From assembly GCA_947313855.1 (NCBI GenBank), contig CAMZNS010000026.1, positions 2,141 to 66,140 on the forward strand: a DNA stretch of 64,000 nucleotides, written 5' to 3'. Of the stretch, positions 9,342 through 17,462 are shown piece after piece; the stretch's first letter is position 1, and each line of letters starts with the position of its first letter. The notes beneath the pieces were generated by a model, which saw only the letters and a list, made by a program, of their open reading frames with translations, did no database searches and had not been told where the DNA came from. Both the position numbers and the translations under genes were made by a program. Source of the DNA: an uncultured Deferribacteraceae bacterium (GTDB taxonomy: Bacteria > Chrysiogenota > Deferribacteres > CAMZNJ01).

Positions 9342-10631
9342 TTAGTAGCCGCTAATGGTTCCTTTTGAGTTGTTGGCGTTGTTGTTGGCGTTGTTGTTGG
9401 CGTTATCGTTATCGTTATCGTTATCGTTTTGGTTGTGTTCGTGGTTATCCACAGCGGTTTGCATTTCTAGGAGTAGTTCGTCGACTCCTTGTCGTGTCAT
9501 GGATGAGATGCAGAACACTTTTTTGCCGAGTTTTGCCATGTGGGTTTTGAAGCGTTCCAGTTCAGCGGTGTGAGCGGCTTCCACTTTGGTGGCAACGATA
9601 ATCTCTTGTTTGTGTAGTACGTTAAAGGTTTCGGAGTCTTTGGTGTCGGCAAAGTTTTGCATGAATTCTGATGCTTGTGTTGGTGTTTCGGCGTTGTCGG
9701 TTGCGTCAGGGTTGTCGGCGTTGTCGGTTATGGTTGCCGTGGGTTTGGATTTTGCTTCTTGGTAGAGTTCCAGTTCTTTGCGGATAAGGTTGTATCGGTC
9801 GATCATGGAGAGGGATGTCATGAGTGCGAGTTCGGGGGTTTGGTTGCCGTCTTCGCCGTCGTACTCACCGTCTTCGTCAACGTGAACAGAGGCGTCGATG
9901 AAGTGTGTGAGAACTTTGGTACGTTCGATATGTTTGAGGAATCGTTGTCCGAGTCCAACGCCTTTGTGAGCCCCTTCGATGAGTCCGGGCATATCGGCGA
10001 TGACGTAAGGTTGTCCGTAAACGGATTTGATAACGCCGAGGTTGGGTGTGAGTGTTGTGAAGGGGTAGTCGGCGACTTTTGGGTTGGCTGCGGATATGGT
10101 TTTGATGAAAGTGGATTTGCCGGCATTGGGCATACCGATAACGCCTACGTCGGCGATGATTTTGAGGTTTAGTTCGATTTCGAGTGTGGTTCCGGGGGTT
10201 CCGTTTTCGGCTTGTTTGGGGGCACGGTTAGACGATGATGTGAAGGATTTGTTGCCACGTCCCCCCTCGCCCCCTTTGAGGATAACGTACTTGCGTCCCT
10301 CTTCGGTAATATCCGCAATAATTTTGCCACTTTTGGCATCGACTAAGGAGGTGCCTAGGGGTAAGTCGATGAGTAGGTCGTTGCCGTTGCCACCGGCTTT
10401 GTCTTTGCTTTGTCCGTTGTATCCGTTGGCGGCTTTGTATCGTCGGTTGATGCGAAAGTCCATGAGGGTGTGTTTGTTGGTTACGCCTCGAACGACGATG
10501 TTCCCGCCGTTTCCGCCGTTTCCGCCACTTGGTCCTCCAAACGGTACAAACTTCTCTTTTCTAAAGGCAACGCAACCGTTCCCGCCGTCACCTGAAATAA
10601 GTGTTACCTTGGCAACATCGATAAACTTCAT
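9342..10631 (-). CDS. obgE: Obg/CgtA GTPase with acidic insertions and an N/D-rich tail
   Basis: MKFID, Gly-rich Obg fold, GMPNAGKST, YPFTTL, DMPG. Start placed at ATG 10631. Confidence 0.96.
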   Translation of the reverse strand: MKFIDVAKVTLISGDGGNGCVAFRKEKFVPFGGPSGGNGGNGGNIVVRGVTNKHTLMDFRINRRYKAANGYNGQSKDKAGGNGNDLLIDLPLGTSLVDAKSGKIIADITEEGRKYVILKGGEGGRGNKSFTSSSNRAPKQAENGTPGTTLEIELNLKIIADVGVIGMPNAGKSTFIKTISAANPKVADYPFTTLTPNLGVIKSVYGQPYVIADMPGLIEGAHKGVGLGQRFLKHIERTKVLTHFIDASVHVDEDGEYDGEDGNQTPELALMTSLSMIDRYNLIRKELELYQEAKSKPTATITDNADNPDATDNAETPTQASEFMQNFADTKDSETFNVLHKQEIIVATKVEAAHTAELERFKTHMAKLGKKVFCISSMTRQGVDELLLEMQTAVDNHEHNQNDNDNDNDNANNNANNNANNSKGTISGY

Positions 10632-10652
10632 ATAAATAGTCCTATTGTTTGT

Positions 10653-10743
10653 CATTAGTTTTGCTACGATCATTGTAACACTAATACTGCTTTTTTGGCA
10701 TTAGTTTTACTACGACCATTGTAACACTAATATTGCATTTAGG
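10653..10743 (-). promoter_or_regulatory. Tandemly duplicated (about 46 bp x2) extended -10 promoter upstream of obg
   Basis: Both copies contain TGTTACAAT on the minus strand. The distal copy has TTGCCT-N17-TACAAT. Confidence 0.65.
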
Positions 10744-10771
10744 CAAAAGGCAAAAATCGCAATGGGGTAGA

Positions 10772-10809
10772 TGATGCGTGATGCGTGGTGCGTGGTGCGT
10801 GGTGCGTGG
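10772..10809. repeat. 7-bp tandem repeat TG(A/G)TGCG x5
   Basis: Read directly, just past the stop at 10828. Confidence 0.9.
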
Positions 10810-10827
10810 GTTTCGTGATTCGGCTAT

Positions 10828-11616
10828 CTACAGAAGCTGCTCAATGGCTGTGTGTGGGGCTTTGTACGCGTTCATCTCTTGAACAACGCTGAATGCTCCG
10901 AAACAGATGAGGATGAAAACAACAGCGTAAATAAAGAGGAAAGTGAAGTTTCGTTCCCGTTGAAACATTTTGCGGAAAAAACCGACCATGAGGGCAAAGC
11001 TAATGAGCAGACCGATTAGTATGGGGTTGCTGAAGGGGTCGTTAATGCTTCGAACAGTGTAGAGGAGGTGTGGTTCGCCGTTGTCTTCGAAGTATATTCG
11101 GTATGTGCCCGTGGTTTTTGCTGTAAAGCGGAGTCTGTCGGTGGTGACGGTGTTGTCGTTGGTGTTAGGGTTGTTGGGTGGTGTGGGGCTGGAGATGCGG
11201 AACAGAATACCGTTTGAGCCTGCCCTGTTCCCATCGATATCGCCGTTGTTGACACTATTTGAGGTGCCAACAGGGGGGTAGACCACGTAATGACGGGTTG
11301 TTGGTGGGTTTGTGGTGTCAGAGTTGTTGTGTTGGAGCGAGACAAGAACGGTAACTTGGTTCTTTTTGCCAACAAAATAGGTGGGCGTTGTTTCCACCTT
11401 GTAAATACTGCTGGTGCTACTTTCTAGGGGGATGTTCACGTTAGTTTTCGTGTACAGAAATAGGTTCCATGAGCCGACAACAGCAACAGCCATCAGTGGC
11501 AGGAGGATGCTAGGGCGTAGAAACCATGGTGTGGGGATGAGGTCGTCGGCGTTGTTGCTAGTGTTGTTGCTAGTGTTGTGGTGTCTGTTTCGACGTGCAA
11601 AAAGTTTGCTTCCCAT
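10828..11616 (-). CDS. Membrane protein (1 TM + Ig/YtkA-like domain + 2 TM), possibly FixH/CcoH-related
   Basis: GAGGT RBS before ATG 11616, directly after ccoS; PWF..ILLPL TM segment; FTAKTTGTYRIYF. Confidence 0.55.
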   Translation of the reverse strand: MGSKLFARRNRHHNTSNNTSNNADDLIPTPWFLRPSILLPLMAVAVVGSWNLFLYTKTNVNIPLESSTSSIYKVETTPTYFVGKKNQVTVLVSLQHNNSDTTNPPTTRHYVVYPPVGTSNSVNNGDIDGNRAGSNGILFRISSPTPPNNPNTNDNTVTTDRLRFTAKTTGTYRIYFEDNGEPHLLYTVRSINDPFSNPILIGLLISFALMVGFFRKMFQRERNFTFLFIYAVVFILICFGAFSVVQEMNAYKAPHTAIEQLL

Positions 11617-11629
11617 GGGAACACCTCGC

Positions 11630-11890
11630 TTATTTGGCGTTGTTGTCTTCAGGCGTGTGGTTCTGTTTGCTGTTGCGGTTCTGTTTTTGATCAAGTCGGT
11701 CTTGTCTAATTTGCTGTAGTTGTTGTTGTGGTATTTCGGGTGTTTCATCGGGATCATCGTCGAGCATGCGGTATTTTGGTCCTTCAACATCTTCGAACCA
11801 GCCGCCTCGAATGGCTTTGATGAAGAGGAGCAGTGCTATTGTGCCTAATACTAGGGATGCGGGCATGAGCATGAGTAGTGAAGGGAGCAT
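11630..11890 (-). CDS. ccoS: cbb3-type oxidase maturation protein CcoS/FixS
   Basis: TM helix followed by AIRGGWFEDVEGPKYRMLDDD; GAGGT RBS. Confidence 0.9.
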   Translation of the reverse strand: MLPSLLMLMPASLVLGTIALLLFIKAIRGGWFEDVEGPKYRMLDDDPDETPEIPQQQLQQIRQDRLDQKQNRNSKQNHTPEDNNAK

Positions 11891-11907
11891 AGGTTACCTC
11901 AGGAGTG

Positions 11908-14886
11908 TTAGTTTGGGTTGTCGAGTTTTTGTTTTTTGAGTCGTAGTATTCGTAGTGAATTGCCGGCGACAAAAGAGGATGAGAGTGTCATGGCTATTAC
12001 GGATACAATGGGGTGCAGTACCCCCATCATTGCTAGTGGTATTGCGAGTATGTTGTAGATGAACGCCCAAAATATGTTTTGTTTGATAATTCTATCAGTT
12101 TTTTTTGAAAGTTTTAAGTAGAATATGAGGTTTTCCCAGTGATTTCTGCCGAGGATAACTTGTGCTGCTACTTTTGAGATATCTGCCCCCCCTTGTGGTG
12201 CGAAAGAGATGTCTGCTTCGGCGATTGCGGGTGCGTCGTTGATACCGTCGCCAATCATAGCGATTGTGTTGTTGTTTCGATGTTGTTGTATGAGTTGAGC
12301 CTTCCCTTGCGGAGAGACGTCGCCATGTACGTCGTTGATGCCCACGGCTTTGGCGATGGCATTTGCTGTTGTTGAGTTATCGCCTGTTGCCATAATTGTG
12401 TTGATGCCTGTTTTGGAGCCGATGTTCATTGTGTTGAGCATGTGGATGGCATTTTTGGCATGTGGGTGTATCTGGTCGTTGAGCACGAATATGGCGACGA
12501 TTGTGCCTTGTGGTACGGTGCCGTGATTGTTGTGTGTGTTGTTGGTTTGGAGCATGTAGAACACGGTGTTGCCTTGGAGTCGTTCTTCGGCGATTTCGTT
12601 TTGTAGATTGATCCAGTGGCGTTGAGTTAGGTTGTTTGGGACATTGTTTTGTGGGTTGGTGAAGTTTTCGTTACCGATGCGAAATAGTGTGCCGTTGTAT
12701 TCCCCTTCGACCCCTGTGCCGGTGTGTATTTTGCAGTTGGTTACGGGAACAATGGAGAAGTTGTGGTTGTTGCCCCCATTGCTATCGTCATCGCCATTGC
12801 CACTATGTTCAAACGCTTTTGCGAAGGGGTGTTTGCTCCTTGCTTGGATGGAGGCACAGATGCTGATTACCCGTTCGGTTTCGTTGTTGAAGGTTTCGTT
12901 GTTGTGGTTGTTGGTTTGGGTTGTGAGAGTGATTACGCGTTTTAGGACAGGGTATCCCCTTGTGATGGTTCCTGTTTTGTCGATGAGGATCGTGTTAATT
13001 TTGTGTGCGAGGGGTAGTTTGTCCATCTCTTTGATGATTATCCCTTGGCTGATTCCGCGACTAGAAGCACACGACATGGCGATGGGTATTGCGATTCCCA
13101 TGGCACAGGGGCATGCGATGAGTAGTGTTGCCATGAATGCTTCTACGCCAAACATGTAGCCATGGTTGAGTAGTATTCCGTGTAGGGGTATGTTTGCGAA
13201 AGCGAGGATTAGTGTTGTTGGCACGAAATATTGCAGTGCTTTGTCTAGGGTGGTTTGCAGTTGTGTACGATTCTCTTGTGCGGCTTCGACAACGGCGATG
13301 ATGTTTGCTAGGGCGGTGTTTGCGAATAGTTCTGTTGCTTCGACGATGATGTTTCCGAATCCGTTGATGCTCCCCACACGCACTTCACTCCCTTCGTATT
13401 TTGCGATGAGGTGTGGTTCACCAGTGAGGAAGCTTTCGTTGACTTCGGTTTCGCCCCAAACAATCACACCGTCCACGGGTATTTTTTCACCGCTACGCAC
13501 AAAGATGTTGTTTCCGATGGCGATGTTGTCAAGGGGTACAACGCGGTGTGGGTGTTCGGTGTTGTGTTCGGTGTTGTGTTCGGTGTTATTGCTATTGGCA
13601 CGGTAATCGTAGTTGCTACTCATGAGTCGAGCATGTTGAGGCATTAGTTCGCTGACCTGTTCCAGCTGTTCCAGAGCCTTGTTTTTGGAGTACAGCTCCA
13701 CAATTCGTCCTAGTAGCACAAAGGTAACAATCATGGCAGTTGTTTCGAGGTACTGTTCTTTGTTGTTGATGAGGGCGTAAATGCTGTGGATGTAGGCACT
13801 TCCGGCACCGAACGCAATGAGGACGTCCATGTTGAACTGCAATCGACGCAATCCACGCCAACCGCGGGAGAAAAATGGTGCTGCACTGTAAAATATAATG
13901 GGGGTGGTGAGCAGAATACCCATGGTTTTCATAATAAGTTTGGTGGTGGCATCCATGCTCCCTGTGAAGGAGTCGGAGTAGAGGGCGATGGTGACAATCA
14001 TCACCTGCATACTAAGGAACGCACTAATACCGAAGCGGATGAGGAGTTGCTTCATTTCAGACTGTCGACTTGTGCGTGCTTGGGAGTTGTCAAACGGTCG
14101 TGGGAGGTAGCCGAGGCTCAGGAAGGCGTTGAGTGCTTGTTGCAGAACAGCATTCTTGCTACGGGGATGGTTAGCGTCTGTGTTAGCGTTAGCGTTTACG
14201 TCTGTGTTAGCGTTTACGTTTACGTTTACGTTTACGCTGTCGTCGTGCCACTTGAGGCGACACTTGTGGTTGGAGTAATTAATATGCACACTGTCAACAC
14301 CATGGGTGCGACCAACATAATGCTCCAAAAGCCACACACACGACGGACAACGAACACCCTCAATGTACAGGGTAATCTCGTGGGAGTTATCTTTGCTGAC
14401 AACAATCTCTTCGAAAGCCTCAATATCCACCTGACTCGGTAGGGTGAGCAAGCCGTGGTCATGGTCACCTTTGCCAAAGTCCCTGTCTTGGTAGTACTTC
14501 ATCAGGTTGGTGTTGTTGATGATGTTGTAGATGTTGAGGCATCCGGAGCAACAGAATATTGCTGATTCAATTTCGCAGGCGTCGTTTACGTTGCCCACGT
14601 CCCCCGCGTTGCCCACGTCCCCCGCGTTGCCCACGTTGCCCACGTCCCCCGCGTTGCCCACGTTGCCCACGTCCCCCGCGTTGCCCACGTTGCCCACGTC
14701 CCCCGCGTTGCCCACGTCCCCCACGTTGCCCACGTCCCCCACGTTGCCCACGTCCCCCACGTTGTGGCGTGATGGTGCACCCGTTGCAGCGGTCTCAGGG
14801 TAGACGGCACGTTTGGGATTAACATACCCTTGGCAGTGTGTACAGCGTCGATGGGTGTTCCCCTTGGAGGTACTTCTCTTCCTCAA
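11908..14886 (-). CDS. ccoI: P1B copper-translocating ATPase CcoI/FixI
   Basis: CxHC...FCCSGC, CPSC metal-binding domain, TGE, ACPCA, DKTGT, GDGINDAP, YN. Confidence 0.92.
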   Translation of the reverse strand: MRKRSTSKGNTHRRCTHCQGYVNPKRAVYPETAATGAPSRHNVGDVGNVGDVGNVGDVGNAGDVGNVGNAGDVGNVGNAGDVGNVGNAGDVGNAGDVGNVNDACEIESAIFCCSGCLNIYNIINNTNLMKYYQDRDFGKGDHDHGLLTLPSQVDIEAFEEIVVSKDNSHEITLYIEGVRCPSCVWLLEHYVGRTHGVDSVHINYSNHKCRLKWHDDSVNVNVNVNANTDVNANANTDANHPRSKNAVLQQALNAFLSLGYLPRPFDNSQARTSRQSEMKQLLIRFGISAFLSMQVMIVTIALYSDSFTGSMDATTKLIMKTMGILLTTPIIFYSAAPFFSRGWRGLRRLQFNMDVLIAFGAGSAYIHSIYALINNKEQYLETTAMIVTFVLLGRIVELYSKNKALEQLEQVSELMPQHARLMSSNYDYRANSNNTEHNTEHNTEHPHRVVPLDNIAIGNNIFVRSGEKIPVDGVIVWGETEVNESFLTGEPHLIAKYEGSEVRVGSINGFGNIIVEATELFANTALANIIAVVEAAQENRTQLQTTLDKALQYFVPTTLILAFANIPLHGILLNHGYMFGVEAFMATLLIACPCAMGIAIPIAMSCASSRGISQGIIIKEMDKLPLAHKINTILIDKTGTITRGYPVLKRVITLTTQTNNHNNETFNNETERVISICASIQARSKHPFAKAFEHSGNGDDDSNGGNNHNFSIVPVTNCKIHTGTGVEGEYNGTLFRIGNENFTNPQNNVPNNLTQRHWINLQNEIAEERLQGNTVFYMLQTNNTHNNHGTVPQGTIVAIFVLNDQIHPHAKNAIHMLNTMNIGSKTGINTIMATGDNSTTANAIAKAVGINDVHGDVSPQGKAQLIQQHRNNNTIAMIGDGINDAPAIAEADISFAPQGGADISKVAAQVILGRNHWENLIFYLKLSKKTDRIIKQNIFWAFIYNILAIPLAMMGVLHPIVSVIAMTLSSSFVAGNSLRILRLKKQKLDNPN
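14588..14764 (-). repeat. In-frame 9-bp repeat x19 encoding [N/D][V/A]G inside the CcoI N-terminal domain
   Basis: Read directly. Confidence 0.95.
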
Positions 14887-15614
14887 AAAAGCACTCCCCG
14901 CAGAAAATACACACCTGTGGCAAGTAGCAGTAGTGGTGCGATAAAATGTAGTCGGCTAAAGAGGGTGGTGTTGAGTAGTCCCCCTGCTGAGCCTGCCAGC
15001 ACTAGGCTAGCAGTTGTTCCTAAGGCGAATGCACCTGCAAACCCTGCTCCCATTAAATATGCGGTGCCGATATTTGTGGCGTACAATCCGGCGTAAGTTG
15101 CTGCTGTGAGGTATGCTGTGTAGCTCATTCCGCACGGTATGAGTCCGTAGAGCAAGCCCACACTTACCATAACAGTACGGGGGTGTACCCCTTGCAGCTT
15201 GGACATTGCGTTCCCGAGTGCACGCTCAAGTGCGTTGATGCGAAAAAGTTGTGGCAGGAGGAGTTGCAGTAGAGCCATGGTGATGAGTAGGGTGGCGAGG
15301 AGTGGTTTGGTGTATTCGCGTAAGGGTACCGACTGAAGTATGCTGAACGACAAAAAAGACAGGGTGGCAAGTAGTGCACCCATGAGGGCGTAAGAGAGGA
15401 TGCGAAAGAGGTGTAGGGTGAGCATGTTCCCCATACCGCTGCGGGTGGCGAAACTGCCACCAAGGCGACCGAGGTAGGCACTGAGTGTACCGCACATGAG
15501 TATGCAGTGGGAGAAGCTAGACACAACGCCAAGGGTCAGGGCGATGGTTAGTACCAGCCAAGGTTGGTCGATGTATCCGGCAATGTTGTCCATAGGTGGT
15601 GGTGTATGTTTCAT
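14883..15614 (-). CDS. DsbD_2/TauE-like membrane protein of cbb3 assembly clusters
   Basis: HCILMCG and GLIPCGMSY motifs with about 6-7 TM. Start is probably 15614 or 15593. Confidence 0.85.
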   Translation of the reverse strand: MKHTPPPMDNIAGYIDQPWLVLTIALTLGVVSSFSHCILMCGTLSAYLGRLGGSFATRSGMGNMLTLHLFRILSYALMGALLATLSFLSFSILQSVPLREYTKPLLATLLITMALLQLLLPQLFRINALERALGNAMSKLQGVHPRTVMVSVGLLYGLIPCGMSYTAYLTAATYAGLYATNIGTAYLMGAGFAGAFALGTTASLVLAGSAGGLLNTTLFSRLHFIAPLLLLATGVYFLRGVLF

Positions 15615-15675
15615 GTTAGGCGTCCCCAGTTTAGTGTTTTTGCGTGTACTTTTTGCTGATAGGTGTATCTTTGGG

Positions 15676-15837
15676 TTAGGCGACAGAGACCTCTGAAACA
15701 TAAACACTCAGGACGATGCCACCCATGGTAATGGCAAATATGATCAGGAAGACGGTGGTGAATAGGGCGATAACTGCCCAAGGTTTGCGTTCGAGGTAGT
15801 TAAATTTAAGGGAGGAAAATATTTTTAGTTTGTTCAT
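15676..15837 (-). CDS. 53-aa single-TM protein resembling the FixH/CcoH N-terminus (not in the ORF track)
   Basis: AAGGAG 7 nt before ATG; MNKLKIFSSLKFNYLERKPWAVIALFTTVFLIIFAITMGGIVLSVYVSEVSVA*; sits at the ccoH position after ccoG. Confidence 0.65.
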   Translation of the reverse strand: MNKLKIFSSLKFNYLERKPWAVIALFTTVFLIIFAITMGGIVLSVYVSEVSVA

Positions 15838-17011
15838 GGGTGTACTCCTTGGTTTTGATGGCGTAGGTGGTGAAAGTTATTTCGGAGTAGTGTCGGTAGA
15901 TGGATGGTGGTATGCGGAGCTCGAATGGGAACACGGAGACACCGCCGGATGGCACAATGTAGACAGGGGACTGAATATTGATGTCGTCTAGGGGTGTGCG
16001 TACGATAAGGTAGAAGGATTCGTCAGACTCTCGCTTATTTTCTATGGAGATGCGGTAATTGTTGACAAGGATGTCGCCATCGTAGTAGGAGAAGTTGGCA
16101 TTTCGAATGGAGGGTAGGTAGTCGACTTTGAAAGGTGTCCAGGTGAGTGATAGGGTGATGATAACGCCTGTGAGCACTGTTATGACGACGAGTAGGGCGA
16201 TTGAGGGTAGCTGTGTGAAGGATTTGCGACTAATGCTGAAGTGGAACAGGGTGGGTTTTTTGAGGCGTTGCAAAATATTTTCGCAGGCGACGATGCAGTT
16301 GCCACAGTTGATGCAGTCGGGTGAGTCCCCCTCTTTGAGGTCGATATCCATGGGGCAGGCGTAGACGCACTTACTGCACCGAATGCAGTCCACATCGCGA
16401 TTAAATTGGTAGGTGGCGGTCATGGTGTGTGGTGATTGCATGATGAGCATGAATTTTGCGTAGGGGCATGCAACTTTGCAAAATCGTCTGTCAGCGAGTG
16501 CGATGGCGGAGATGATGGCGTAGGCGACGATGATCCCTTTGATGTTGTTTGCTTGCAGGTCGAGGTTGATGATATTTTGCAAGATATCGCTTGGTGGTGA
16601 GAAGTATGAGACAAGTCCGAAGGCACCTATGGCGGTTCCGATTAGCATTACGAGGGTGCCGGCAACGGGGTTATTTTTGGTGTATTTTTTGACCCATTTT
16701 CGGAGATTGAGGGTGATGGTTTGTGGGCATGAGAAGGCACAGAACACTCTCCCGAGGGTAACGGACACCCATAGGAATATTAAGATGATGATGATTAGTC
16801 CGAGGGCGATAAATATTCCGTCGGTGAACCAGATGGATATTCCGAGGAAGTGTAGTTTGAGGTTGGGGAAGTCGAGGAACAGTATGGGGTAGTTGTTTAT
16901 CTTGATATAGGGTGCTATGAAGAAGATTAAGACGGTGAGGGATGTAATAATATTGCGAAAGTGGATGAATCTCATTTTAAAATACCTATTTCGATGTTTT
17001 GGAGCTACCAT
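15806..17011 (-). CDS. ccoG: CcoG/FixG 4Fe-4S membrane protein
   Basis: GRVFCAFSCPQT, FCKVACPY, CIRCSKCVYACP, CINCGNCIVAC and a C-terminal Ig-like domain. Confidence 0.9.
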   Translation of the reverse strand: MVAPKHRNRYFKMRFIHFRNIITSLTVLIFFIAPYIKINNYPILFLDFPNLKLHFLGISIWFTDGIFIALGLIIIILIFLWVSVTLGRVFCAFSCPQTITLNLRKWVKKYTKNNPVAGTLVMLIGTAIGAFGLVSYFSPPSDILQNIINLDLQANNIKGIIVAYAIISAIALADRRFCKVACPYAKFMLIMQSPHTMTATYQFNRDVDCIRCSKCVYACPMDIDLKEGDSPDCINCGNCIVACENILQRLKKPTLFHFSISRKSFTQLPSIALLVVITVLTGVIITLSLTWTPFKVDYLPSIRNANFSYYDGDILVNNYRISIENKRESDESFYLIVRTPLDDINIQSPVYIVPSGGVSVFPFELRIPPSIYRHYSEITFTTYAIKTKEYTHEQTKNIFLP

Positions 17012-17195
17012 TTTGCTCTTTAAGGGAATCGATCATATCGTCGTCTTCGTCAAAAATTGTGTATTTGGCTTGTTCCACGTGTTCTTTATTTTTTGGTCTG
17101 AAGTAGTGAAACATTAGCAAAACCATGACAACGCCAAGGGTTACAACAAGGGTGATGTAGAGCAGTCCGTCAAATCCTAGGGTAGTGTTATCCAT
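16986..17195 (-). CDS. ccoQ: CcoQ/FixQ-like small subunit (69 aa)
   Basis: AAGGAG RBS, one TM, then YFRPKNKEHVEQAKYTIFDEDD. Confidence 0.75.
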   Translation of the reverse strand: MDNTTLGFDGLLYITLVVTLGVVMVLLMFHYFRPKNKEHVEQAKYTIFDEDDDMIDSLKEQNGSSKTSK

Positions 17196-17275
17196 TTTAT
17201 AGCTCCTTTGTGTGCGGTTTGTGCACTTTAGCATAGCCACCGATTGCTGACGTTTACTAAAACAATTGTTTACTA

Positions 17276-17304
17276 ATAATACCTTGAATGGTGTCAATAG
17301 TCAA
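17276..17304 (-). promoter_or_regulatory. sigma70 promoter of the cco cluster with an FNR/Crp-like palindrome in the spacer
   Basis: TTGACT-N17-TATTAT; TTGAC-N4-TTCAA at 17297-17284. Confidence 0.55.
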
Positions 17305-17377
17305 CTACAAAGATACTGCCACAACCTAGACTGCTGCTTCGGTTGCTGTTTAAGTTGTGGCGGGGTGTGTTAAAAAG

Positions 17378-17407
17378 TTGCCAAAAAGTGTTTATTTGGT
17401 GTAAAAT
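17378..17407 (+). promoter_or_regulatory. Candidate metG promoter
   Basis: TTGCCA-N18-TAAAAT. Confidence 0.45.
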
Positions 17408-17462
17408 ATACGGGATTGATAAAATATGAGATATTAATAAATATTACGGGATGGGGGCAGAG

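Noticed and set aside
9445..9453. Perfect DnaA box TTATCCACA
   Set aside because: A single copy inside the obg coding sequence, with no cluster or unwinding element.
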